Shown: positions 18,367-27,345 of the stretch, in pieces
How positions within the stretch are numbered: the first letter of the stretch is position 1
Layout: each line of letters opens with the position of its first letter
From: Candidatus Blautia faecavium
GTDB lineage: Bacteria; Bacillota; Clostridia; Lachnospirales; Lachnospiraceae
DNA: 64,000 nt
Assembly (NCBI GenBank): GCA_019118425.1
Contig: DWYZ01000158.1
Span: 2,623 to 66,622, forward strand
Reading direction: 5' to 3'
Made by a program: the position numbers and the translations under genes
Notes under the pieces: generated by a model
The model's input: only the letters and a program-made list of their open reading frames with translations
What the model was told of the DNA's origin: nothing
Databases searched by the model: none

Positions 18367-19374
18367 ATGAAAAAGAAATGGATCGCTGCTGCCACTGCTG
18401 TCATCCTTGCTGCAGGAATCCTGCCAGCGCCTGTATATGCAGAAGAAAACAAAGAAGAGCTTACAGAAGTCACTTTAAATGAGGTAGCCCACTCCATCTT
18501 TTATGCTCCTCAATACGTGGCCATTGAGGCTGGATATTTTAAGGAAGAAGGGATTGACCTGACGCTGGTCAATGGTTTTGGAGCGGATAAGGTTATGACC
18601 GCTGTCCTCTCTGGCGAGGCTGACATCGGTTTTATGGGCGCGGAGGCCTCTATCTATGCATACCAGGAAGGCGCTACAGATCCTGTAGTCAACTTTGCCC
18701 AGCTCACACAGCGGGCCGGAAACTTCCTGGTAGCCAGAGAGGAAATGCCTAACTTCACCTGGGAAGACTTAAAAGGCCAGGAAGTGCTTGGAGGACGAAA
18801 AGGCGGCATGCCTCAGATGGTATTTGAGTATATCTTAAAGGAAAACGGTATTGATCCTGAAAAGGATCTGGAAATCGACCAGAGTATTGATTTTGGATCC
18901 ACCGCTGCGGCTTTCTCGGGTGGTTTAGGGGACTTCAGCGTAGAATTCGAGCCCTCCGCCACGGCTCTGGAACAGGAAGGTGTAGGCTATGTAGTCGCTT
19001 CCCTTGGCATAGATTCCGGTTACGTTCCTTACACCTCTTACAGCGCGAAAACCAGCTTTATAGAAGAAAACCCGGAAATCATCCAGAAATTTACCAATGC
19101 CCTTCAAAAAGGCATGGAATATGTACAAAGCCATACCCCTGAAGAGATCGCCGCAATGATCGAACCCCAATTCCCCGAGACCGACCTGGAAACCATTACC
19201 ACCATCGTAAAAAGATATCATGACCAGGACACCTGGAAGGATAACCTTGTATTTGAAGAGGAAAGCTTTGATCTGCTGCAGAATATTTTGGAAGAGGCCG
19301 GAGAATTAAAAGAACGTGTTCCCTATAAACAGCTTGTGACCACTGATTTCGCGAAAAAAGCGGCAGAAAAATAA
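18367..19374 (+). CDS. ABC-type substrate-binding protein, NMT1/THI5-like (NitT/TauT family), orphan
   Basis: Signal peptide MKKKWIAAATAVILAAGILPAPVYA with no lipobox Cys. Core APQYVAIEAGYFKEEGIDLTLVNGFGADKVMTAVLSGEADIGFMG. No permease or ATPase gene is adjacent. Confidence 0.8.
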   Translation: MKKKWIAAATAVILAAGILPAPVYAEENKEELTEVTLNEVAHSIFYAPQYVAIEAGYFKEEGIDLTLVNGFGADKVMTAVLSGEADIGFMGAEASIYAYQEGATDPVVNFAQLTQRAGNFLVAREEMPNFTWEDLKGQEVLGGRKGGMPQMVFEYILKENGIDPEKDLEIDQSIDFGSTAAAFSGGLGDFSVEFEPSATALEQEGVGYVVASLGIDSGYVPYTSYSAKTSFIEENPEIIQKFTNALQKGMEYVQSHTPEEIAAMIEPQFPETDLETITTIVKRYHDQDTWKDNLVFEEESFDLLQNILEEAGELKERVPYKQLVTTDFAKKAAEK

Positions 19375-19435
19375 ATTCTGCAAACTTTTCCTTCCAAAGG
19401 CAAAAGGAATCCCCTACACCCCCTTCTGCTTACAG

Positions 19436-19480
19436 GAGCAGACCCGTCTCTTAAGGACTGGTCTGCTCTTCTTTCTTTTG
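19436..19480 (+). terminator. Terminator of the binding-protein gene
   Basis: Stem GAGCAGACC / GGTCTGCTC followed by TTCTTTCTTTTG. Confidence 0.7.
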
Positions 19481-19573
19481 TCTTTCTTCTCGCCCTGTTC
19501 TGTCGGCCTGCCCTTTTCCCTATAGTCAACAGCACTTTCCTCTGTATAACACACCCGGATTACGCGCCTGCCG

Positions 19574-19608
19574 CACAGTCACAAGCTGACCAGTAACGAG
19601 GCAACTTA
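19574..19608. repeat. Intergenic repeat, module gamma, copy F
   Basis: CACAGTCACAAGCTGACCAGTAACGAGGCAACTTA aligns with 60180-60215, 23053-23089 and the reverse complement of 47389-47428. Confidence 0.6.
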
Positions 19609-19697
19609 CACTTGCTATCCCTAAAAGGATGTCCTATAATCTTTTTGAAACTATGAATTCTATAAAAAATCATTAAACATACAAAGGAGTAAGCCCT

Positions 19698-20567
19698 ATG
19701 CATTTGAATCCCTTCTGCATGTGCTGCATTATCAATAAACAGGAAAAAAAGATCCGGCCTTTTCCGGATGAAAATAAGAAATCTGACTATATGAAGAAAG
19801 TCCTTGGGGTGATTGCCGGCTGTGATGAGGAAGCCTGTACCGCCAGCCTAGCTGTACAAGTGCAGAAAATTTATGAAGAATACTGGAATATCCATGAGGA
19901 CTACACCCACATCAAACACGAATTTAACCAATTGATGCTGGGCCTGGAGGAAAGCCTTCGCGCTTCCGTCCGCAAATCTTCGGATCCTCTGGCAACTGCC
20001 CTTTCCTACGCCCGCATCGGAAACTATATCGACTTTGCCGCTCTGGCCAAAGTAGATAAAAAGGAAATCCTTTCTATGATCGAATCAGAAAACAAGGAGC
20101 CCCTGGATCCCCAGGAATACAAAAATTTTAAAGAAGATCTAAAAAAAGCTTCCTCCCTGGTCTATCTGACGGACAACTGCGGAGAGATTGTCCTTGACAA
20201 GATCGCTGTAGAAATCCTTAAAGAAAAGTATCCCCTTCTCTCCGTCACTGTGATCGTGCGCGGATACCCTGTAGTCAACGACGCCACTATGGAAGACGCC
20301 CAAGAGACGGGGCTTGACAAGATCGCCCGGGTCATTGGAAACGGCAGCAATGTAGGCGGCACCTGGCTTCCCGGCGTCAGCGAAGAGACAAGGACTTTGC
20401 TTGATCAGGCGGACGTTATCCTTGCCAAGGGCCAGGGGAATTTTGAAACCCTCCACGAATGCGGTCTGAATATCTATTACCTGTTTTTGTGCAAATGTGA
20501 ATGGTTCACCACCCGCTTCCATGCCCGTCCTCTGCAGGGAATGTTCATAAACGAAAAGAGGTGCTGA
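19698..20567 (+). CDS. DUF89 / ARMT1-like damage-control phosphatase family protein
   Basis: Family motifs DNCGEIVLDK and KGQGNFE, plus the N-terminal Cys pair CMCC. 289 aa. Confidence 0.75.
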   Translation: MHLNPFCMCCIINKQEKKIRPFPDENKKSDYMKKVLGVIAGCDEEACTASLAVQVQKIYEEYWNIHEDYTHIKHEFNQLMLGLEESLRASVRKSSDPLATALSYARIGNYIDFAALAKVDKKEILSMIESENKEPLDPQEYKNFKEDLKKASSLVYLTDNCGEIVLDKIAVEILKEKYPLLSVTVIVRGYPVVNDATMEDAQETGLDKIARVIGNGSNVGGTWLPGVSEETRTLLDQADVILAKGQGNFETLHECGLNIYYLFLCKCEWFTTRFHARPLQGMFINEKRC

Positions 20568-20711
20568 TGGTTTTCGTCATTTTGTCAAGAAACCCCAAAA
20601 ATATTTGTAAGATTCTTCTCTAGCCCTTTTAAAGAGTTTTCGTTATACTGTTTACAGATAAAAACAGAATCACTTAACCAAAAGCTAAAAAATTTATTTG
20701 GAGGAAAAATC

Positions 20712-21824
20712 ATGGCAAGTTTATCATTAGAGCACATTAACAAAACTTATCCAAACGGTTTCCAGGCTGTTAAAGACTTTAACCTGGAGATCAACGACAA
20801 AGAATTCATCATTTTCGTAGGACCATCCGGATGTGGAAAATCTACCACACTTCGTATGATTGCCGGACTGGAAGAAATCTCCAGCGGTACCTTGAAAATC
20901 GGCGATAAAGTTATGAACGATGTAGAGCCTAAGGATCGTGATATCGCGATGGTATTCCAGAACTACGCTCTGTATCCTCATATGACTGTATACGATAACA
21001 TGGCTTTCGGTCTGAAACTTCGTAAAGTTCCGAAAGACCAGATCGACAAACAGGTTCGTGAAGCAGCAAGAATCCTTGACCTTGAAAAACTTCTTGACCG
21101 TAAACCGAAGGCTCTTTCCGGTGGTCAGAGACAGCGTGTTGCTATGGGTCGTGCGATCGTTCGTAATCCTAAGGTATTCCTTATGGACGAGCCGCTGTCA
21201 AACCTGGATGCAAAACTTCGTGTACAGATGCGTATTGAGATTTCCAAGATCCATCAGAGACTGGGCGCTACTATCATCTACGTAACACATGACCAGACAG
21301 AGGCTATGACCCTTGGTACCAGAATCGTAGTTATGAAAGACGGCGTTGTTCAGCAGGTTGATACACCACAGAATCTGTATCAGAAACCAGGCAACCTCTT
21401 CGTTGCTGGATTCATGGGATCACCGCAGATGAACTTCCTGGATGCTAAAATTGCGGAAAAAGGCGGCGAACTGGTAGCTAACATTGGTGAGCATACAGTA
21501 ATCATTCCGGCAGCTAAAGCTAAAATCTTAAAAGATGGCGGCTATGTTGGAAAGACTGTTGTTATGGGTATCCGTCCAGAAGATATTCATGATTCTCAGA
21601 TGTTTATCGAGGCTTCTCCAAGCGAGCCAATGTCCTCTGTAGTTAAAGTATACGAGCTTCTTGGCGCCGAAGTATTCCTGTACTTCGATGTAGACGGAAC
21701 TCAGGTAACAGCCAGAGTTGATCCGCGTACTACCGCTAAGACAGGCGATCCGATCAAATTTGCATTCGATATGGAAAAAGCTCATTTCTTCGATAAAGAA
21801 ACAGAACTTGTTATTACAAACTAA
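20712..21824 (+). CDS. Sugar ABC transporter ATPase of the MsmK/MsmX/UgpC type, orphan
   Basis: Walker A GPSGCGKST, signature LSGGQRQR, Walker B FLMDEPLSNLD and a C-terminal TOBE-like regulatory domain. There are no adjacent permease genes. Confidence 0.9.
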   Translation: MASLSLEHINKTYPNGFQAVKDFNLEINDKEFIIFVGPSGCGKSTTLRMIAGLEEISSGTLKIGDKVMNDVEPKDRDIAMVFQNYALYPHMTVYDNMAFGLKLRKVPKDQIDKQVREAARILDLEKLLDRKPKALSGGQRQRVAMGRAIVRNPKVFLMDEPLSNLDAKLRVQMRIEISKIHQRLGATIIYVTHDQTEAMTLGTRIVVMKDGVVQQVDTPQNLYQKPGNLFVAGFMGSPQMNFLDAKIAEKGGELVANIGEHTVIIPAAKAKILKDGGYVGKTVVMGIRPEDIHDSQMFIEASPSEPMSSVVKVYELLGAEVFLYFDVDGTQVTARVDPRTTAKTGDPIKFAFDMEKAHFFDKETELVITN

Positions 21825-21845
21825 TTTTATGTAGGAATCTTTTTT

Positions 21846-21874
21846 GACCCGGGGAAGCATTTCCCCGGGTCTTT
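21846..21874 (+). terminator. Terminator of the MsmK-like gene
   Basis: 11-bp stem GACCCGGGGAA / TTCCCCGGGTC with a 4-nt loop, then TTT. Confidence 0.85.
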
Positions 21875-21905
21875 ATATATAACAGATTAGGAAAGGAAAC
21901 AGCAA

Positions 21906-22985
21906 ATGACTATACAACATGTACTGCAAAAATGTCTGGATGACTGGAGCAGGATCAGCCATCTGGACTTTTGTCTCCTTAACTTTGACAACAGCGTCTT
22001 TGTCTCCACCTGCAGCCGAAAGCTCCCTGCCGCCTCAAAGCTGCAGGAATTTCGCGAAAGCTCCGCCCTGTGCGTATCCAATACTTCCAACAGCCTTTTT
22101 AAGGTTTCTGACAGCGGAGATACCCCTTATATCCTGGTTGTATGGGGGAGCAAAGATTCGATGCCCACTATCGGCGAACTGGCGGTCTGCCAGGTAGAGA
22201 GCCTTCTCTGCGCCTATACGGAGAAAAGCGATAAAAACGCTTTTATGCAAAATCTCCTCCTGGACACCTATACAGAGGTAGACGCCTTTAACCGGGCTAA
22301 AAAGCTGCATATAGCCACTTCGGTAAAACGTGCGGTCTTTCTTGTAGAGACCAAGCAGGCCAAGGACGAAAACGCTCTGGCTACCATAAGGAACATCTTT
22401 TCTTCCCGTACCAAAGATTTTATCACTGCCATTGATGACAGCGGCATTATCATCATACGGGAACTTTCATCTACAGAAAGCTATGATTCCCTCGAAAGCA
22501 TTGCTTTTATGCTGGTAGATATGCTGAACACCGAGGCAATGACTTCTGCATGGGTAGCTTACAGCCGGATCGCTGAGGATTTAAAGGAACTTTCCGGTGC
22601 GTATAAAGAGGCGCGCATGGCTTTAGAGGTGGGAAAGATCTTTTATTCTGACAGGAATGTATTCAGCTATAACAGTCTTGGCATCGGACGGCTGATTTAC
22701 CAGCTTCCTGTATCCATATGTGAAATGTTTATTGACGAAATCTTTAAAGAAGAAACACTGGATTCTGTAGATGAGGAAACCTTGATCACCATTCGCACAT
22801 TTTTTGAAAATAACCTGAACCTTTCAGAGACCTCCCGGCAGCTTTATGTACACCGAAATACCCTGGTGTACCGGTTTGAAAAGCTGCAGAAGAAATTCGG
22901 CCTGGATATACGTACGTTTGAAGATGCATTGACCTTTAAGCTGGCAATGATGGTAGTAGATTATATCAAATACTCTAAGAGGTAA
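21906..22985 (+). CDS. PucR/CdaR family transcriptional regulator
   Basis: C-terminal PucR-type HTH LSETSRQLYVHRNTLVYRFEKLQKKFGLDIR. 359 aa. Confidence 0.8.
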   Translation: MTIQHVLQKCLDDWSRISHLDFCLLNFDNSVFVSTCSRKLPAASKLQEFRESSALCVSNTSNSLFKVSDSGDTPYILVVWGSKDSMPTIGELAVCQVESLLCAYTEKSDKNAFMQNLLLDTYTEVDAFNRAKKLHIATSVKRAVFLVETKQAKDENALATIRNIFSSRTKDFITAIDDSGIIIIRELSSTESYDSLESIAFMLVDMLNTEAMTSAWVAYSRIAEDLKELSGAYKEARMALEVGKIFYSDRNVFSYNSLGIGRLIYQLPVSICEMFIDEIFKEETLDSVDEETLITIRTFFENNLNLSETSRQLYVHRNTLVYRFEKLQKKFGLDIRTFEDALTFKLAMMVVDYIKYSKR

Positions 22986-23015
22986 AAAAAGCAGCGAGCA
23001 CAGCCCGCTGCTTTT
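22985..23015 (+). terminator. Terminator of the PucR gene
   Basis: AAAAAAA-GCAGCG-agcacagcc-CGCTGC-TTTT. Confidence 0.75.
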
Positions 23016-23052
23016 GATAACTTTTCCTGCAGGATGACCGTTCTTGCAGGGT

Positions 23053-23178
23053 TACTGTCCGCAAGGTGACCAATAACGGGCAATTTGGCATTCAAAGTTC
23101 GCTTCGCGAAGTCAAATTGCCTGTTGAATCATACTGGCACGTAACCACGCAGCAGGTGCGTGGTTCGGATGTGACATA
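23053..23178. repeat. Composite of repeat modules: gamma (23053-23089), 9-bp-stem hairpin (23079-23121) and beta (23126-23178), copy C
   Basis: Gamma: TACTGTCCGCAAGGTGACCAATAACGGGCAATTTGGC. Hairpin: GGCAATTTG...CAAATTGCC, enclosing TTCGC-TTC-GCGAA. Beta: GAATCATACTGGCACGTAACCACGCAGCAGGTGCGTGGTTCGGATGTGACATA. Confidence 0.8.
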
Positions 23179-23191
23179 TAACCTTTCAGAA

Positions 23192-24241
23192 TCATCGCAA
23201 AAGCATCAAATGCTCAGGAGGAAGATAAAGATATTCCGGCAGACAGGAGTACGGATCGGATTCAAAGCTGGTTTTAGGGTTCATCCACCAGAGAGCAGAT
23301 GAACCTTCCTGCTCTTTGTTTTTCACAAGATACTGATGTTCAAAGGTGGTCTCTATGTATTCTTCCAGCTGAACAGGAAGACAGTTTTCTTTTTTTTCAG
23401 AAGCTGGGCGCATCCAATGCCCTCGTATCCCTACAAACATCACATCCGGAGTCACCTCCTGCTCTGTTCTAAGGCTTATGCCCCAGTCTACCGCATATAC
23501 ATGATGTTTATCAATAATCTCTATTCCTGAATAATTTTTGCAGCCTGTAAGGCGCGCCGCCTCTAAAAGCACAGGCTGCTTAAAGAGTCCTTTCGTATCT
23601 CCGAAAATAATGGTCCTTCCGTCTTTCAGCAGCATAAGCTGCTCACAAAATTTATATGCCTCATCCCGGCTGTGAGTCACCATAATCATATCGCCCTTAT
23701 ATTCATTTAAAAAATCCTGCATATCTCTTTGCATAACATCTTTTAAATATCCGTCAAGGGCAGAAAAAGGCTCATCCAAAAGGATAGCCTCCGGTTCGCC
23801 GATCATCATCCTGGCCAAGGCCACTCTTTGCTGCTGTCCGCCGGAAAGCTGGGAAGGATAATGTTTTTCCAGTCCTTCCAGGCGATATCTAAGTACGAAA
23901 TCCCTGGTCTTCTCCTGACGTTTTTCCTTATTGCCGCGAAAACCGCATCCAATGTTTTCCTCCACTGTCATAGTAGGAAAAAGCGCATAGTTCTGGAACA
24001 AATATCCGATCCTTCGCTCCTGCGGTTTCAGATTGATCTTATTTTCTGAATCAAATACGGTTTTCCCGTTTACCACGATTTTTCCGGAATCAGGCGTTTC
24101 AATCCCTGCTATGCATCGCAAAGTCATACTTTTTCCGCTTCCCGATGCCCCAAGAAATCCTACTGTGGAAGAAACACTGTCAAATTTTACTTGTAAAGAA
24201 AATCCTTTGAAACTTTTTTTAATATCCACACTTATTGCCAT
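23192..24241 (-). CDS. modC: Molybdate ABC transporter ATP-binding protein
   Basis: Walker [11 protein letters not shown], signature LSGGQQQR, Walker [12 protein letters not shown]. The ATG at 24241 overlaps the modB stop (ATGA). The track ORF starts at the GTG at 24250. Confidence 0.85.
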   Translation of the reverse strand: MAISVDIKKSFKGFSLQVKFDSVSSTVGFLGASGSGKSMTLRCIAGIETPDSGKIVVNGKTVFDSENKINLKPQERRIGYLFQNYALFPTMTVEENIGCGFRGNKEKRQEKTRDFVLRYRLEGLEKHYPSQLSGGQQQRVALARMMIGEPEAILLDEPFSALDGYLKDVMQRDMQDFLNEYKGDMIMVTHSRDEAYKFCEQLMLLKDGRTIIFGDTKGLFKQPVLLEAARLTGCKNYSGIEIIDKHHVYAVDWGISLRTEQEVTPDVMFVGIRGHWMRPASEKKENCLPVQLEEYIETTFEHQYLVKNKEQEGSSALWWMNPKTSFESDPYSCLPEYLYLPPEHLMLLR

Positions 24242-24933
24242 CAGATCCACCTTCTTATTTTCATGCCCCGGCCGGAGATGATATTAATAGCAGCTACGAT
24301 CACGAAGGACAGCGTAAGGATAATGGCAACCCAAAAACCTGCCGTGCCGTAATTGCCCGCTGCCGTCTCCGCTGCGATGGCTACAGATATAGTTCTGGTC
24401 TTTCCCAGAATATTTCCTGCCAGCATGGAGGTGGCTCCATATTCTCCGATTGCCCTTGCAAATGCCAAAACCGTCCCTGAGGCAATCCCCGGACCAGCGG
24501 CAGGCATGATCACTTTCCAAAAAATCTGTCTGTCACTCATCCCCAAGGTCTGCCCTGCGTAACGGAGATTCACATCCACCTGCTCAAAAGCAGCTCTGGC
24601 ATTGCGGTACATTAATGGGAAGGCGATCACTGCCGCAGCAATGACACATCCCTTCCATGTCTGCACCACTTTTATGTCAAAATTTTCTAATAGAAAGCTT
24701 CCGAATGGCCTTTTCAAGCTGAAAAGCAAAAGCAGGAAAAATCCAGCTACCGTAGGGGGAAGCACAAGAGGCATGGTAAGCACACCGTCCAGGATTCCTC
24801 TGGCCGCAGGACGCAGCTTCATTGCCAGGTTTGCGAAAAATATCCCAGCAAAGAAAGCAATTATCGTAGCCACAACCCCTGTCTTTAAAGAAATCCATAA
24901 AGGACTCCAGTTAATTTCCTGTAAAAACTCCAT
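24241..24933 (-). CDS. modB: Molybdate ABC transporter permease
   Basis: 230 aa with 5-6 TM segments. EAA-loop region AGQTLGMSDRQIFWKVIMPAAGPGI. Confidence 0.9.
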   Translation of the reverse strand: MEFLQEINWSPLWISLKTGVVATIIAFFAGIFFANLAMKLRPAARGILDGVLTMPLVLPPTVAGFFLLLLFSLKRPFGSFLLENFDIKVVQTWKGCVIAAAVIAFPLMYRNARAAFEQVDVNLRYAGQTLGMSDRQIFWKVIMPAAGPGIASGTVLAFARAIGEYGATSMLAGNILGKTRTISVAIAAETAAGNYGTAGFWVAIILTLSFVIVAAINIISGRGMKIRRWI

Positions 24934-24944
24934 TCTTTCTCCTT

Positions 24945-24981
24945 TTGACGCATTTTACCCGCAAGGCAAGATACCTGCATC
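24945..24981. repeat. Intergenic repeat, module delta, copy J
   Basis: TTGACGCATTTTACCCGCAAGGCAAGATACCTGCATC. It shares ACGCATTTTACCC with 16657-16669. Outer arms GACGCA/TGCATC. On the minus strand it ends directly at the modB Shine-Dalgarno sequence (AAAGGAG). Confidence 0.65.
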
Positions 24982-25036
24982 TACAGCGGCATATTAAAAA
25001 ATTTGCTTACAAATTTCTTTCCCGCCGTACCTTGCT

Positions 25037-25951
25037 TTATTCTGCTGCTTCTGTATCGGCCTCTGCATCCTCGGTACCTTCAGTTTCTTCCTGAGAAGCG
25101 GTTTCCTCTGCAGTTGCTTCTGTATCTTCTTCAGTACCTTCCGTATCTTCTGGTGTATATGGAGCAAATCCATATTCTTCGAACACTTTCATAGCATCGT
25201 CTGATTTAATGTATTCAAGAAACAGTTCTGCTGCCGCAAGATCATCTTCTGTAGCTTCGCTGTCCTGGATCATACCTACCGGATATAAAACAGGGGTATT
25301 CAGGCTGCCTGCGGGAGCCTCAGCGATGATTTCCACGCTGTCTGCCACAGACGCGGCATCTGTAGCGTAAACCACGCCTACTTCATTGCTTCCTTCGCTT
25401 ACTGCCGCAAGAACTTCTGTTACATTCTTGCCTTCATTAATCTCCATCTGCTCTACATCTTCCATAATACCAAGATTTGTAAAAATCTCTCTTGCGTACT
25501 GTCCTACTGGAACGCTCTCTCCTGCAAGAGCAAGATTCGCCGCATCCGTAATGTTTTCAAATCCGGTCACAGCAGTCTCGCCGCCTGCCGGCTTGATCAG
25601 AACCACTTTATTTTCCAGGAGATCCGTTACGGTATCCTCTTGCGCCAGTCCTTCCTCTAAAAGGGCGTCCATCTGCTGACGGGCAGCGGAAAAGAAGATA
25701 TCACAGCGTGCCCCTTCCTCTATCTGAGTCTGCAGCGTACCGGAGCTGTCCGCATTATAGAAAATCTCTACATCCGGGTAAATCTCATTAAAGTTTTTCT
25801 GGATCTCTTCCATGGAATTACTTAAACTGGCGGCAATAAAGGCATATACCTCACCTTTAACCTCGCTCTCTTCCTCTGCGGCGAATACGCTTACCGGCAT
25901 TCCGGCTGCCAGGATCCCAGCTAACGTCATCAACAAAATTTTTTTCTTCAT
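25037..25951 (-). CDS. modA: Molybdate-binding protein ModA with an acidic C-terminal tail
   Basis: Signal peptide MKKKILLMTLAGILAAGMPVSVFA. Core VYAFIAASLSNSMEEIQKNF...NADSSGTLQTQIEEG. The last 37 aa are a low-complexity run of E/D/T/A/G. Confidence 0.9.
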   Translation of the reverse strand: MKKKILLMTLAGILAAGMPVSVFAAEEESEVKGEVYAFIAASLSNSMEEIQKNFNEIYPDVEIFYNADSSGTLQTQIEEGARCDIFFSAARQQMDALLEEGLAQEDTVTDLLENKVVLIKPAGGETAVTGFENITDAANLALAGESVPVGQYAREIFTNLGIMEDVEQMEINEGKNVTEVLAAVSEGSNEVGVVYATDAASVADSVEIIAEAPAGSLNTPVLYPVGMIQDSEATEDDLAAAELFLEYIKSDDAMKVFEEYGFAPYTPEDTEGTEEDTEATAEETASQEETEGTEDAEADTEAAE

Positions 25952-26054
25952 ACTTATACCCTATTTCGTTTATTTTTGTTTTGTTTTATTTTGTTTTATT
26001 TATTTTAACTAATTCCGGTGTACTTGTCAATTCTGTTTCCCTGTGATACCATAA

Positions 26055-26107
26055 GAATCATATTGGCCCATAGCCCCGCAGCAAGTACGTGGTTCGGGTA
26101 CGGCATA
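26055..26107. repeat. Intergenic repeat, module beta, copy E
   Basis: GAATCATATTGGCCCATAGCCCCGCAGCAAGTACGTGGTTCGGGTACGGCATA. It is 41/53 identical to 23126-23178 by hand alignment. Confidence 0.7.
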
Positions 26108-26203
26108 GCAGCATTGTCCTGCTTCTATGCATCAAATCTGTAGTCCAATTGTGACATACAGCATATTTCCATAAAAAACTTTTTCAGGAGGAATGAGATC
26201 ATT

Positions 26204-26416
26204 ATGAAATTAAGCGCACGTAACCAATTAAAAGGAAAAGTCATCAGCATTAACAAAGGAGCAGTAAACTCTATCGTTTCTATTGATATCGGAGGCGGAA
26301 ATATCGTAGTCGCTACCATTTCCTGCGCTGCTGTGGATGAGCTGAAGCTTGAGGTAGGCTCCGATGCTTACGCAGTCATTAAGGCCACAAATGTAATGGT
26401 AGGTATCGATGAATAA
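26204..26416 (+). CDS. mop: Mop/TOBE molybdenum-pterin-binding domain protein
   Basis: 70 aa. MKLSARNQLKGKVISINKGAVNSIVSIDIGGG...AVIKATNVMV is a single TOBE/Mop domain. Confidence 0.85.
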   Translation: MKLSARNQLKGKVISINKGAVNSIVSIDIGGGNIVVATISCAAVDELKLEVGSDAYAVIKATNVMVGIDE

Positions 26417-27332
26417 ATTCTATACCGCCCAGGAAGTTGCTGATAAACTGAAGATAAAGAAAACCACTGTCTATGAACTCATCAAAAGGGGCGAGCTTGC
26501 TTCTTCTAAGATCGGCAAACAGCTCCGCATCAGCGAAGAACAGCTGGAACATTATCTGCACGGAAGTACACAGGAAACAGGCACGCTTCCCCACGATATG
26601 GATTTTCTTCCGGAAAGTTCTCTTTTAAAAAGAGATTATCTGCTGTACTCCAATGGTCTTATTTTAAGCGGGCAGACTTCTCCGGCTTTGGAACTTCTTT
26701 GCAGTCAGATGGCGGTACATCCTAAGGGGATGCCTGTGCTCCAGTCTCATATGAATACCTATAATGGTTTATATTCTCTTTATTTTGGGAAGGTGCATAT
26801 TGCTGCCGCCAGCCTTCCTCTGGAACAGATCCAGGCTCTCGTTCCCGGCACTGCCCTTGCCGCTGTCTGCCTATATGAATTTTCCCTAGGTCTTTATGTC
26901 CAAAAGGAAAATCCTAAATCTATCCGCCGTCTGCAGGATCTTACAAGAGCGGATGTGATCCTGGCAAACAGGGAAAAAGGAAGCATCCGCCGGATATACC
27001 TGGATAAAGAATTAAAAAAAGAAAAAATCCTTGCCGCAGATATATCAGGATATCGAAAAGAGCTGGTCTCCGATCTTTCTACAGCCGCAGCTGTGGGCAG
27101 CGGAATGGCGGATGCTGCTTTAGGGGAGGAATACGTGGCACGCCAATCTCCTAATCTTGATTTTCTGCCGCTTACCACTATGCCCATGTATCTGGTTGCT
27201 GAAGAAGCCTCCTTAAGCAAACCAGGTTTTACCGCTATGCTGGAGATTGTAAAAAGCGAAGACTTCCGTACTGGAATCCATGGGCAGACAGGGTATGATA
27301 TAAAACATACCGGCGAAGTCACTTACTTATAA
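26409..27332 (+). CDS. HTH (excisionase/MerR-like) regulator fused to a molybdate-binding-protein-like (PBP) domain
   Basis: N-terminal FYTAQEVADKLKIKKTTVYELIKRGELASSKIGKQLRI (HTH_17 type) plus a roughly 230-aa PBP-like C-terminal domain. Its start overlaps the mop stop (ATGAATAA). Confidence 0.7.
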   Translation: MNKFYTAQEVADKLKIKKTTVYELIKRGELASSKIGKQLRISEEQLEHYLHGSTQETGTLPHDMDFLPESSLLKRDYLLYSNGLILSGQTSPALELLCSQMAVHPKGMPVLQSHMNTYNGLYSLYFGKVHIAAASLPLEQIQALVPGTALAAVCLYEFSLGLYVQKENPKSIRRLQDLTRADVILANREKGSIRRIYLDKELKKEKILAADISGYRKELVSDLSTAAAVGSGMADAALGEEYVARQSPNLDFLPLTTMPMYLVAEEASLSKPGFTAMLEIVKSEDFRTGIHGQTGYDIKHTGEVTYL

Positions 27333-27345
27333 GGAGAAAGATAAT

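Noticed and set aside
16855-20567. tRNA-Gly (and tRNA-Leu at 43249) as integration sites of genomic islands.
   Set aside because: No integrase, no direct repeat of the tRNA 3' end and no phage or conjugation genes were seen downstream. The flanking genes look like ordinary accessory metabolism genes.
23066-23302. 78-aa plus-strand ORF across the repeat composite and the 3' end of modC.
   Set aside because: It starts inside repeat modules, overlaps modC in antisense, and has no RBS or recognisable domain.
25952-26203. Possible molybdenum-cofactor (Moco) riboswitch or ModE operator between modA and mop.
   Set aside because: The structured segment here is a copy of repeat module beta, which also occurs at non-molybdenum loci. 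I saw no Moco-motif features that I can recall, and no convincing shared palindrome. An A-rich run (AAAACAAAATAAAACAAAAC) precedes modA but I cannot interpret it.
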